Below are positions 54,879 through 64,000 of a stretch of 64,000 nucleotides of DNA, in pieces. The stretch is taken from the IMG/VR virus record IMGVR_UViG_3300029585_000107, positions 729 through 64,728 of that record. The stretch is one strand, 5' to 3'. Below the pieces are notes generated by a model. That model was not told the DNA's origin and did not search any database. It saw nothing but the letters and a program-made list of their open reading frames with translations. Within the stretch, counting starts at the first letter, position 1. The number at the start of each line of letters is the position of its first letter. This stretch comes from a virus. Position numbers and translations under genes: made by a program.

Positions 54879-55471
54879 GCGTAATCAAGATCGGCGCCAA
54901 CCAGATTGGCGGAGAGCTCAAAGCGAGGGCGCGAAAGACCCCCGGCGAGCTCCAGAAGGCTATGAAGCGCGCGGCTCTCCGAGCCCAGGCCGTTCTCGTT
55001 CGCCGCACGCCCAAGGACCTCGGGCAAGCCAAGGCCGGCTGGCGCATCTCGGAGTTCGTCAAGGGCACGAAAGGTGCGCGCGTCGACGTCTACAACGACG
55101 TCCCCTACGTCGGCGTCCTGGAGCGCGGAGCGCGCCCCCACAAAGTGAGCATGGAGGGGCGCATGGCCATTTACGAGTGGGTCATGCGCAACATTCCACC
55201 CGCGATGCATGGGCCTGTGCAGAAGTACAGCCGAAAGACGCAAACGGGTGGCAAGAAGGCATTCAAGGCCTACGCCCAGGAGGGCGTCGAAGCCGCTGCC
55301 ATGCAGATCACCGACGCGATCGTCTGGAAGCTTCGCAAGAAGGGGCAGAAGCCGACGTTCTTCGTGCGTAAGTCCATGGACGAGCTCAACCGAGACTTCG
55401 GCCTGCAGCTCCAGAAGCAAATCCAGGCCTACGCAAAGCGGCGCGCCGCGCGCGGGAAGGGTGCAAAGTGA
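54875..55471 (+). CDS. HK97 gp10-like tail completion protein
   Basis: RTPKDLGQAKAGW, NDVPYVGVLERG, QKPTFFVRKS. Confidence 0.75.
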   Translation: MSVIKIGANQIGGELKARARKTPGELQKAMKRAALRAQAVLVRRTPKDLGQAKAGWRISEFVKGTKGARVDVYNDVPYVGVLERGARPHKVSMEGRMAIYEWVMRNIPPAMHGPVQKYSRKTQTGGKKAFKAYAQEGVEAAAMQITDAIVWKLRKKGQKPTFFVRKSMDELNRDFGLQLQKQIQAYAKRRAARGKGAK

Positions 55472-56088
55472 GCCTGATACGAATCCGAGCTGCCGAGGTC
55501 TTGGGCGCGATTATCGCGGGCTACTACCCGGAGATCGCGGACAGCATCTGCGGCGGCCCAGCGGAGGACGGCCACAAGCGCCGCCTTCCTAGCATCGCAA
55601 TCCAGCCGATCAATTGGAAATTCACTCCAGACCAGGAAAGCGAGTGGAAGGAACTCGGACTCAACCGAGTCGTCCTCAACGCGGGTCGCTACGACGCCTT
55701 CTTCCGCGTCCAAGTCGGCTCAAAGAGCCCCTATGTGCGTGCAAAGCTCGAGCAGGCGGTCCTGGACACCTTCTTTCAGCAAGAGGGGCGCCCCGGAATC
55801 ACCGTCGTGGAGATCGCCGACTGCAACGACGCCATCGTGGCCTACGAGCTTGAGCAGTCCTCTTGGCAAGACGAGGCCGGCTTCAGCGACAAATGGTTCT
55901 CCACGATCAACGTGAATGTAGTCATGCCGGTCCTCATTGAGAGAGGATCTGTTTTCTCGATGGATGAGATCAGGTTCTGCCTGCGTGCAGACACCGCGGC
56001 CTCTTTCGATACCATCTCAGAATCCGTTTTGGAGTGCATCGCCGTAGACGAAAACGGGAATGTGACTCTTTCGACACTGCCAACCTAG
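55468..56088 (+). CDS. Tail terminator-like protein
   Basis: Directly before the sheath gene. Confidence 0.55.
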   Translation: MSLIRIRAAEVLGAIIAGYYPEIADSICGGPAEDGHKRRLPSIAIQPINWKFTPDQESEWKELGLNRVVLNAGRYDAFFRVQVGSKSPYVRAKLEQAVLDTFFQQEGRPGITVVEIADCNDAIVAYELEQSSWQDEAGFSDKWFSTINVNVVMPVLIERGSVFSMDEIRFCLRADTAASFDTISESVLECIAVDENGNVTLSTLPT

Positions 56089-56102
56089 AAGGAACCTAGA
56101 AC

Positions 56103-57653
56103 ATGCCCGAGCCACTGGTCACTACGAACCCTGCCGAGTACACCCAGCTAGAGGGTGTGTACATTTCCCCCAAAGACCCTCCACCCTTCGTCCAGGAGGT
56201 CGGATTCGCCAACGTCGGAATCTTTGGCACCTGCGTCAAAGGCCCGACCGACAAAGCCGTCACGATTCGCAGCCCCCGCGAGATGAAGAACATCTTCGGC
56301 CTCGATCGCCACGATGCAGGCGGAGCTACGATCAACTCCGAGGTCTGGAAGGCCATTATGAACAAGAAGTTCGGCACCCTGGTCATCTACCGGGTTGCGG
56401 CCAGCGACGCGGTCAAGGCCAGCTTCACCCTGGAGGACACCGCTGGTGGCGGAGGCACTGCGATCGCACGCGTCGACGCGAGCGCCGTGGGAGTCTACGG
56501 GAACGATGTCTACTGGAAGGTAGAGGACGCCTCCGACGAGGATGCGACCCACTGGAACCTGCGCATCAAGTACAAGGGCGAGGAAACCCTCTACGAGAAC
56601 CTCGACACAACCACCGGGAACGACAACCTCGCGACCGTTGTTGGTACCGGAGACGCGCGCAACATCGACATCACGAAGCTAGCGGATGGTCGCCCGAACA
56701 ACTCTGCTGCTAGCACCGACGGCGCCGACGCCGACGGCTACACCGCTTTGGGCCAGACGGTCGCTTCCTACACGTCTGTCGCCGGCTCGGACGGCACCAT
56801 CGCCGCGAGCGACTACATCGCGTCGGGCGGCCCACTAGACACCCTGGCGGCCTACAAGGGCGTCGGAGTCCTCTTCTGTGCAAACGAGGACGGCACGATC
56901 ACCGCTACCGTCAACGCGAGCATGAAGACGGCTGCCGCCGCGAGCCCCGATCGAATCTTCGTGATTCACGAGGGCGAGCTCACTGGGGCAAATGTCGCTG
57001 TGTCGGCGGTTGTGACGGACGTGGCAAGCTTCCGCGACGGCAGAGTCGTTTACGCGCACAATGCCGCCTACACCATCGACCCTCAGACTGGCCTCGAGGT
57101 CCTCACGAGCCCGGCGTCCTGGATGGCCTGCATCCTCTCGAACACCGACGTCGACATCCACCCCGGCGAGGAGGACACGATCAAGCTGCTCGCTGGAATC
57201 ACCCGCCTGAACGACGACAGCCTCGGCCGCGAAGACTACAAGGCTCTCAGGGCTGCGGGAATCTCCAGCCTGGAGCGCAACGAGGACGGAGAGCACCTTT
57301 TCGTCTCTGGCGTCGTAACGCTCCTCACTTCCGGGCAGACGGAGATTACCTACCGGCGAATGCGCGACTTCATCCAGCTCAGCGCGGCGAAGTTCGGGCG
57401 CCCATTCGTAAAGAAGCGCGGCCGGCAGGAAACCCAGGACCTCTTCCAGAGCGGCCTAGAGTCGTGGCTTGAGGGTCTCAAGAAGCGCGGCCGGGTCGTC
57501 GACGACTACTCGGTCGACATGGAGAGCGTCAACGACGACGCCACCGAGGCGCAGGGCCTGAAGTACGTCGGCCTCAACGTCAAACTCATCAACCACTGGC
57601 TCCACATCGTGTTCCTTACGGACATCGGAACCGGCACCGTCATCGAGCAGTAG
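56103..57653 (+). CDS. Contractile tail sheath protein
   Basis: LEGVYI, GIFGTCVKGP, GVYGN, EITYRRMRDFI; 516 aa. Confidence 0.9.
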   Translation: MPEPLVTTNPAEYTQLEGVYISPKDPPPFVQEVGFANVGIFGTCVKGPTDKAVTIRSPREMKNIFGLDRHDAGGATINSEVWKAIMNKKFGTLVIYRVAASDAVKASFTLEDTAGGGGTAIARVDASAVGVYGNDVYWKVEDASDEDATHWNLRIKYKGEETLYENLDTTTGNDNLATVVGTGDARNIDITKLADGRPNNSAASTDGADADGYTALGQTVASYTSVAGSDGTIAASDYIASGGPLDTLAAYKGVGVLFCANEDGTITATVNASMKTAAAASPDRIFVIHEGELTGANVAVSAVVTDVASFRDGRVVYAHNAAYTIDPQTGLEVLTSPASWMACILSNTDVDIHPGEEDTIKLLAGITRLNDDSLGREDYKALRAAGISSLERNEDGEHLFVSGVVTLLTSGQTEITYRRMRDFIQLSAAKFGRPFVKKRGRQETQDLFQSGLESWLEGLKKRGRVVDDYSVDMESVNDDATEAQGLKYVGLNVKLINHWLHIVFLTDIGTGTVIEQ

Positions 57654-57679
57654 GCTCCACCTAGGAAAGGAACAGCAGC

Positions 57680-58135
57680 ATGGCAAGACTACAGAGAATC
57701 CGCGGCCAGGAGGCTACGATCCGCATCGCCGTCGTAGACAGCCTTGGCGTCAACCTCCCTCTAGAAGGGAGCTTCTTCAAGGTTCGCGACTTCACCTGGA
57801 ACCCGAACGGCGAAATTACCGCCGACGGCTTCGTGGGCGAAGTTGCCGACGACCTGGATCACCAGAATCACGGCTTCACAGGCTCGTTCAGCATCGACAA
57901 GGCCGACTCGGCTGCGACCGAGTACACCAAGCGGCTCATCGCCGCCGATCTGAACAGCCAGGCGCCGCCGATCGCCACCATCATGGTGACCTACAAGTTC
58001 CGAGACCTGGGAGTCCCCAGGGAGCGTCTCGTATTCGCAGAGGGCATCCTCATGATGGCCAGCGAGTCCATCGCGGGACGGAAGGAATTCGTCAACAACG
58101 CGTTCGAGTGGCAGGCCAAGTACCTGCTACCGTAA
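57680..58135 (+). CDS. Tail tube protein
   Basis: 151 aa directly after the sheath; RIRGQE; AAGGA RBS. Confidence 0.8.
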   Translation: MARLQRIRGQEATIRIAVVDSLGVNLPLEGSFFKVRDFTWNPNGEITADGFVGEVADDLDHQNHGFTGSFSIDKADSAATEYTKRLIAADLNSQAPPIATIMVTYKFRDLGVPRERLVFAEGILMMASESIAGRKEFVNNAFEWQAKYLLP

Positions 58136-58173
58136 CCACCCATGGCTAGAGAGCAGAAAGCGCAGGCAAGCAA

Positions 58174-58881
58174 ATGATCACGTTCACACTCCCAGCGAAG
58201 TGCCGAGTTGGCACTGTCACCATTCGCAAGACCTTTGGCCGCGACGAGGCCGAGGCGTCCCTTGCGGCAGAAAACAACGGCAGCGATGCCAGGGACGAGC
58301 TCATCGACCTTTCGATCGTCAAGGTGGACGGGGAGCCGTGCCTCCCTGGCAACAGCGGCTACGCCGACTGGCCATCCAAGACGCGCTCTGTCGTTTCCCG
58401 GTTCTTCAAGACTGTCAACGACACCAACGGCAGGGAACTCCTCGAGCTCATCCGCACCGCAGAGGATGAGGGGACCACGATCAACCCCGACGGGAACGTC
58501 GAGACCCGCTACGAGTTCCCCGAGAACTGCGACCTCGAATACGTTGTCCTCCGGGAGATGATGGAGGCCGACGAGAGGGCTGCTGCTGCCAGCGGCAAGA
58601 ACATCTCCGAGGCCATGGTCTCCCTCTGCGTCGTCGAGACGAACCTAGGCAAGTCCTTCAAGATCGAAGATCTAACCGCCCTGGGGACCCGAACCCGCAA
58701 CATCATATCCACCTACTGGACGGGGATGAACATCGTCCCAGAGGACGAACTCGCCCCTTTAATTCGGGCGGCAATGGCAGTGAACGAAGCGGCGAGTCCG
58801 CTGGAAGCCAGCGCCGCCAATACCGCAGAGGACTCATCGCAGAGTGGGTCTGGCTCTCAAGCTCCAGCGGGTGCGGCCTAA
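58174..58881 (+). CDS. Tail assembly chaperone (gpG-like), two internal repeats
   Basis: Between the tube and tape measure genes; contains a -1 slippery site. Confidence 0.75.
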   Translation: MITFTLPAKCRVGTVTIRKTFGRDEAEASLAAENNGSDARDELIDLSIVKVDGEPCLPGNSGYADWPSKTRSVVSRFFKTVNDTNGRELLELIRTAEDEGTTINPDGNVETRYEFPENCDLEYVVLREMMEADERAAAASGKNISEAMVSLCVVETNLGKSFKIEDLTALGTRTRNIISTYWTGMNIVPEDELAPLIRAAMAVNEAASPLEASAANTAEDSSQSGSGSQAPAGAA

Positions 58882-58997
58882 CCCTTTCCCTGAGCGACTT
58901 CAGGGGGCTCAGCAGGGTAGACCGAGAGCTCATACTTCTTGAAGCGGGAGCACTACTCAACAGAGCAAACGAACCAACGACAGAAACGGAGACCTGA
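58755..58997 (+). other. Programmed -1 frameshift site (C CCT TTA) and gpGT-like extension
   Basis: Heptamer 58755-58761 is in X XXY YYZ phase; the -1 frame is open to TGA 58995-58997, 3 nt before the tape-measure ATG. Confidence 0.8.
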
Positions 58998-59000
58998 CGC

Positions 59001-60845
59001 ATGTCCGCCACCACGACCTACGACATCAACGTCCGCTACAAGCTAGAGGACAAGGCTACGAAGGGGGCGGAGAAGATCGGGACAGAACTCCAGAAGACCG
59101 AAAGGCACGGGCGCAGCCTCCTTAGCACGATGAAACTCGTCGCTACGGGGGCTGCAATCGGTTTCGGCTTCCGAGCCGGGAAGAAGTGGCTCATCGACTA
59201 CAACTCCGAGATGGATGCGGCGAACATCAAGATGCAAACGCTGCTGTCCCTCGGCACCGACACGGCGTTCGCAGACAACCAGGAGCGCGCAGCCAAGGCC
59301 GTCCACCAGATGACCAAGGATGCCGCGGCCGGTGTGGGCACGACCCGAGACTATGTCGAGTTCGCGGGCGAGATCACGAAGCCGCTCCTCGACGCCGGCG
59401 CCTCGATGAAGGACCTCACCGACATCACGAAGCTCGGTGTTACAGCCGCCAAGGCCTTCGGGATGGAGGGCGAAGTCGCGGGTCGAGACATCCAGCAAAT
59501 GCTCATGGGCAACATCAAGAGCGTGGACAAGCTCCCCAAGCTCCTCGGTGTGGCGGCAGACGAGTGGAATGAGATGTTCCGCGAAAAAGGCCCCGAGGAG
59601 GCCCTCAAACGCCTCAAAGAGGCGCTGGACACGCAGCAAATGAGAGACGCGGCCGAGGCCTACGGCAACAGCTGGGACGGCGTCACCTCGACTCTCGAGG
59701 ACAACCTGCAGAGGACCCTCGGCAAGATCGGTCTTCCTCTCATGAGAGAGCTCACCAAGGAAGTCCGTTCTATGAACGAGTACTTCGACAAGAACCCGAA
59801 GAAGGTGGAGAAGTTCATCAAGACAGCCGGCAAGGCGATCGTCGACGGGTTCGGCATGGTGAAGGATGTCGTCCAATTCATGGTCGACAACAGCAGCACC
59901 CTTCTGGGGCTTGCGAAGGCCTTCGTTGGCTTCAAGCTCGCCCGAGGGGTGGGCGGCCTACTTTCCGGCCCATTCGACATGCTTGCCGGCATGGGGAAGA
60001 GCGCGAGCTCGAATAAAAAGCTCCTCGACGCACACGGCAAGAGCATCGCTGGGGCCTCGGCTCAGACGATGACGTTCTCCGACAAAATGACGTCTGCGGC
60101 AAACAAGCTCCAGTCGTTTGGAACGGCCGTCGGCGTGGGAATCGCCGCCATCAAGCTCATGGAGGGCTACATGGCCAATCGCCAGGAGAAGGCGATCAAG
60201 GGCAAGGTGAAGACGGCGACGATCCGAGAGACCGTTCGGAACATCGACTACGCGGAGCAAATGAGCATCGAGGATGCCACGATCACGGGAAAGTTCGACC
60301 CGAAGGACAGGTCCGAATTCCGGTCTCGTCTCATCCTGAACAGCGCCCGCGAGCACGGCTTCCTATCCGAGGGGAGCACCAAGATGACCAAACAGCAGAT
60401 CGAAAAGCTTCGAGTGCAGTCTGGCATTGGGCTGGCCTACAAAGACGGAACGCTGCACCATCGCCAGAACTACAAGAAGCTGGACAAGCTCACCAGCATG
60501 ATCGAACTGAGCGCCAAGGCGCAGATGCAGGCAGCCATCGTCTCGGGGCGTATGGGAGCCATGGTCTTTGGCGCCTACGGCGGCCAGTTGGCAGCCATCG
60601 GCAAAGGGACCTTGGGCAGCATCGGCTCGTTCACGGGCATTTCAGGGATGCTCCAGCGAAAAGGCGACGACGAGGACAGACCTACGAAGCGCCCCGGGGA
60701 TACGAAGGTCTACATCAACACCATCAAAGTAGCTGCAGACGACCCCGACCGATTCGCAATGCGTATGATCGGAGCGTTCAAGAAGGCGTCCACGAAGCCC
60801 GTGGCGTCCCGGCTTAGCTCTACCGTAGGAGGACGACCGCGATGA
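59001..60845 (+). CDS. Tape measure protein
   Basis: 614 aa, helical; WDGVTSTLEDN..LGKIG motif; position. Confidence 0.88.
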   Translation: MSATTTYDINVRYKLEDKATKGAEKIGTELQKTERHGRSLLSTMKLVATGAAIGFGFRAGKKWLIDYNSEMDAANIKMQTLLSLGTDTAFADNQERAAKAVHQMTKDAAAGVGTTRDYVEFAGEITKPLLDAGASMKDLTDITKLGVTAAKAFGMEGEVAGRDIQQMLMGNIKSVDKLPKLLGVAADEWNEMFREKGPEEALKRLKEALDTQQMRDAAEAYGNSWDGVTSTLEDNLQRTLGKIGLPLMRELTKEVRSMNEYFDKNPKKVEKFIKTAGKAIVDGFGMVKDVVQFMVDNSSTLLGLAKAFVGFKLARGVGGLLSGPFDMLAGMGKSASSNKKLLDAHGKSIAGASAQTMTFSDKMTSAANKLQSFGTAVGVGIAAIKLMEGYMANRQEKAIKGKVKTATIRETVRNIDYAEQMSIEDATITGKFDPKDRSEFRSRLILNSAREHGFLSEGSTKMTKQQIEKLRVQSGIGLAYKDGTLHHRQNYKKLDKLTSMIELSAKAQMQAAIVSGRMGAMVFGAYGGQLAAIGKGTLGSIGSFTGISGMLQRKGDDEDRPTKRPGDTKVYINTIKVAADDPDRFAMRMIGAFKKASTKPVASRLSSTVGGRPR

Positions 60846-61963
60846 CACTTATCCGACACACCCTTGGCGGAAGCGCCAATCTCATCGAGCCGGACTTCAG
60901 CCCACCAACACAAGCGGCATTCATCCTAGAGACGATCGGAAAGCCGCCAGACTTCGAGGAAAACCGGAGATTTGAGTTCACAGCCGCCAAGCGCAATATG
61001 CCGAGGCGGCCTTGGTCTTTCGGGCTCGAAGTGAAAACCAACCGAGTCGACTACCCCGGAACGGTTCACAGCCCGACCGAACAAGTTCTCTCGGTCGGCT
61101 TCACAGACTTCACCCTGAACGGCACCTTCAAGGACAAGTTCAACTACCCCGGCTACGCCACCGAGGCATGGCGCGGGCTGGAGCGCGTCGCCGAATACGG
61201 GCAGATGGTCCGAGCTTCTTACCGCTCTGTCTACGCCGACGGCATCATCACCGGGGTCAACTTCCAGTACCACCACGAGGCGAAGATCGACTACTCGATC
61301 ACGATCTCACCGCACAACCGTGAGCCCGGGAAGCGCAGCAAGGCGAGCCCGAGGACGGTCCTCAGCGCCACTCAGCTGCTCGAAGAGGTTGCGGCAGTGC
61401 GAGACCAGCTCGCAGCGGTCCACGCCGGGGCCCCCCGCTTCTTTGTCGCCGGAACCCTCTGGGACGACGTCAACGACATCGTCGAGGAGTGGACCCTCAC
61501 AATCCAGACGCTGGAGAACATCATCGACCAGCGCGTTCTCCTGCCAGGGGTCGAGCCAGGGCTGGCCCTGCAACGAATTGCAGCGATGTTCCGCCTCATT
61601 CGCAGCAACGCCGAGGCGATGCTGGACCTCCTCGAGGAATCGCGCAGCGACAACGACCTCACCTACGCCGGCGCCATTCAGACTCTGCGGTTCCAGACCT
61701 GGGTCAAGGGCATCCTTTCCGGTAGCAGCGTCCTTGCTGTCGCCGCGGAGCGCGCGAGCCGAGAGATGCTGGCGCGCGCCAAGCCTGGCATCATGGTCGT
61801 CTACAGGCCAAAGGCCGGCGAGCACCTCATGAAAATCTCAAACCAGTTCTACGAGACCCCGTTCAACTGGCGGCGAATCGCCACTCGCAACGCCCTCGGC
61901 AGCTCTCTCGTGCTTACCGGCGAGGAGCTTCTGATCATCCCCGAAGCGGTGGCCCGCCAGTAA
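60842..61963 (+). CDS. Tail tube initiator with C-terminal LysM-like domain
   Basis: FTLNGTF; YRPKAGEHLMKISNQFYETPFNWRRIATRN..LIIP. Confidence 0.72.
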   Translation: MTLIRHTLGGSANLIEPDFSPPTQAAFILETIGKPPDFEENRRFEFTAAKRNMPRRPWSFGLEVKTNRVDYPGTVHSPTEQVLSVGFTDFTLNGTFKDKFNYPGYATEAWRGLERVAEYGQMVRASYRSVYADGIITGVNFQYHHEAKIDYSITISPHNREPGKRSKASPRTVLSATQLLEEVAAVRDQLAAVHAGAPRFFVAGTLWDDVNDIVEEWTLTIQTLENIIDQRVLLPGVEPGLALQRIAAMFRLIRSNAEAMLDLLEESRSDNDLTYAGAIQTLRFQTWVKGILSGSSVLAVAAERASREMLARAKPGIMVVYRPKAGEHLMKISNQFYETPFNWRRIATRNALGSSLVLTGEELLIIPEAVARQ

Positions 61964-63462
61964 TGCCGCTCTATCATCCAGACGCGCGTGTAACCCTAGG
62001 GGTCGTGCTCGAGAGCATCCGGGAGGACAACCGCCCTTTTGCCTTCCCCGTGCGCCCACAGGAAATTTCGATCTTCCGAAACCCCTACATCGAGGCCGAC
62101 ACGTTCTCGGTGATGTTCAATGCGAGCGACCTCCCATTGACGCCCGAGGTCGTGCGAGCGGCGAGCGCCGAGGTCTACCTCTTCAACAAGCGGGCACTCT
62201 TCGAGGAGCCCGAGAGCATCGCCAAGGGCGAAGACGAGCAGCTCGCCATAGACGGCCAGGAGATCAAGCCGAGCATCGTGGGCATCGTAGATGACGCCCA
62301 GATGGACTACGACGACACGGGGCGATTCATCACCCTCATCGGGCGAGACTACACCGCGCTCTACTTGGACGAGGATTGGGACCCGCGATTCCGCGTCCAG
62401 TACAAAGGGCGTCTCGACCGGGTCATCCAGCGCCTTGCGGACGACGTCCCGAGCTCGGCTGGGATCATGAAGGTCCGAGTGGAACTCGGCACCGGGGTTG
62501 ACCGGGACACAGCCATCACCGGCTTCCGCAGCGTCAACGACTTCCTGGCAAGCCAGCGCAGAGGAGGGCACTCGGAAGCATTCCTCGACGCCAATCTTCC
62601 CTTCGTGGGCAGGAACGAGGGGCGAGCCAACCGGAAGGGGCTCACCTTCCCAAACAAGGCCAACTTCTGGGAGGTGATGCTAAGCATCGCCATTCGCTAC
62701 GGGTTCATCATCTTCGTCAAGGGGACCGACATCATCCTGACGACACCGAAGGCCTACATCGAAGGGAAAACGGGGGTGGTCACCATGGCTTGGGGGCGAA
62801 ACCTCCACGACATTCACATGAGCCGCAAGCTCGGGAAAGAGCGCGTCCCTACTATCGAGTGCATCTCCTGGGACGAAGCAAAGCAGCAAGTCGTTCGTGG
62901 ACAGTACCCGGACAAAGCCGACACCAGAAAGAAGCTTGTTGCCGACCGCGTTGCGAAAAAACAGCAGAGCAAGAGCAGGAACGCGAAGCCAACGAAGCGC
63001 AAGCCAGGGAAGAACTCAAACGCCCTAGGGACAGTGAAGGACGAGGTTCAGCAGTACACGATCCCAGGAATCACCTCGTCCGCTCAGCTGCGAGACATCG
63101 CCCGACAGACCTACGAAGTGAAGGGGCGCGCCGAGATGACAGTGCAGCTCTCGACGAGCGACCTCTTCGACCTCGACGGGGCCCCTCTCTTGGACATCAG
63201 CAGCGGCGACGCTATGGCAGTGAAGTTCGAGCCTTTCAACTCAGACCTTACGAAGGAGCGCATCGAGCAGCAAATGATCGAACGCGGGTACGACCCGGAT
63301 GTGGCAGCCAAGCTAAGCGCAGCAACGGAGGAGATGAATCAGCTCCGCCAGCCCATGCGAGTCGACGATGCGACCATCGACTACGACACTGAGAACGGCA
63401 TCACAATCACCGCAAGTATCCGCCAGTTCGTGAACCTGGTGGTCCAAGGGGAGAAGGCATGA
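61963..63462 (+). CDS. Baseplate hub protein (gpD/gp44-like)
   Basis: ADTFSV, ITLIGRDYT; position before the spike gene. Confidence 0.72.
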   Translation: MPLYHPDARVTLGVVLESIREDNRPFAFPVRPQEISIFRNPYIEADTFSVMFNASDLPLTPEVVRAASAEVYLFNKRALFEEPESIAKGEDEQLAIDGQEIKPSIVGIVDDAQMDYDDTGRFITLIGRDYTALYLDEDWDPRFRVQYKGRLDRVIQRLADDVPSSAGIMKVRVELGTGVDRDTAITGFRSVNDFLASQRRGGHSEAFLDANLPFVGRNEGRANRKGLTFPNKANFWEVMLSIAIRYGFIIFVKGTDIILTTPKAYIEGKTGVVTMAWGRNLHDIHMSRKLGKERVPTIECISWDEAKQQVVRGQYPDKADTRKKLVADRVAKKQQSKSRNAKPTKRKPGKNSNALGTVKDEVQQYTIPGITSSAQLRDIARQTYEVKGRAEMTVQLSTSDLFDLDGAPLLDISSGDAMAVKFEPFNSDLTKERIEQQMIERGYDPDVAAKLSAATEEMNQLRQPMRVDDATIDYDTENGITITASIRQFVNLVVQGEKA

Positions 63463-63971
63463 AGAAGAACCGCATGATGAAAGACAACGGGGCGCGAGGG
63501 ATCAACTTCCAAGGCGCCGCGGAGGCCACCGACGACTTGCGCCAGTACTTCGAGGTCGGAGTCGTTCGCGGCGATGGCGGTGATAACTTCGAGATCTTGG
63601 ACGGCCAGGTCTGGGTCGACGTCGTGATCATGCCGACCGAGGCGCCGATGACCTGCCGCCTCTCCACCGTAGCGGGGGCCCCAGGGAACGGCGTCTGGAT
63701 GGTACCCCCGGAGGGCACCGAGGTCGCGATCGCGTTCCCCGGTGGGAGCGTCGAGAACGGCGGCATCATCATCGGCATCCTTAGCGCCGCGCCAGGAGGG
63801 ACAGCGGAGGGGCGAATCGTGATCGTCGCGGACGAGGTCATCCTCGGCAACCCGTCGGGGCAGAACGCCCTACAGAACGGCGTCGTCGTCGGCGGCGGAA
63901 TCGACCCCTTTACAGGGCAGACCTACGCTACCCTTCAGAATGCATCCTCCAAGGTACTCGCCGAGAAGTAG
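63459..63971 (+). CDS. Baseplate spike (gpV-like)
   Basis: OB-fold N-terminus, VWMVPPEGTEVAIAFPGG. Confidence 0.8.
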   Translation: MKKNRMMKDNGARGINFQGAAEATDDLRQYFEVGVVRGDGGDNFEILDGQVWVDVVIMPTEAPMTCRLSTVAGAPGNGVWMVPPEGTEVAIAFPGGSVENGGIIIGILSAAPGGTAEGRIVIVADEVILGNPSGQNALQNGVVVGGGIDPFTGQTYATLQNASSKVLAEK

Positions 63972-63977
63972 CCAGCC

Positions 63978-64000
63978 ATGCCGCTAAGCAAGATTCTACT
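63978..64000 (+). CDS. Start of the next tail gene, truncated by the window edge
   Basis: ATG 63978, MPLSKIL..., open to the end of the window. Confidence 0.35.

Noticed and set aside
1-64000. Alternative genetic code (stop-codon reassignment), prompted by the in-frame TAA at 23164
   Set aside because: All core genes are full length under code 11, and TAA, TAG and TGA all end genes at coupled junctions.

Overview
The window is most of one GC-rich myovirus (contractile-tail) phage genome. It starts inside a tail-fibre gene followed by baseplate-wedge genes and ends at the baseplate spike gene, so the gene order suggests a circularly permuted genome only a little longer than 64 kb (inference). 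Modules in order: tail fibre, baseplate and a PKD/PPC adhesin-like protein (1-8.6 kb); lysis genes (spanin pair, holin-like protein, amidase; 8.6-10.4 kb); a leftward block (SMC-like ATPase, GroES-like protein, SF1 helicase; 10.4-17 kb); DNA-modification genes (2x ParB-like, TET/JBP dioxygenase, P-loop kinase, aGPT-Pplase/AADT-like transferase; 17-20.8 kb; a PLP enzyme at 30 kb); RecT/YqaJ recombination; a Cro-like regulator; lambda-type replication (initiator with iterons, DnaB); adenine MTase, RusA, DUF262, MmcB-like nuclease; terminase and SSB; a tRNA-like RNA; a second leftward accessory block; MazG, a zinc-peptidase lipoprotein and a J-domain protein; portal, a MuF-ADP-ribosyltransferase fusion, capsid, sheath, tube, a frameshifted tail chaperone, tape measure, hub and spike. 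No integrase, DNA polymerase or CRISPR array was recognised. A Cys-rich lipoprotein suggests a myxobacterial host (inference). The best candidate for a new system is a post-replicative thymidine hypermodification pathway (TET/JBP -> kinase -> amino-acid transferase -> PLP enzyme). Other notable signals are an aberrant tRNA-like RNA, structured leaders, a repeated leftward promoter-like cassette and many leaderless-type starts. All protein calls come from motif recognition by eye; no database search was run.
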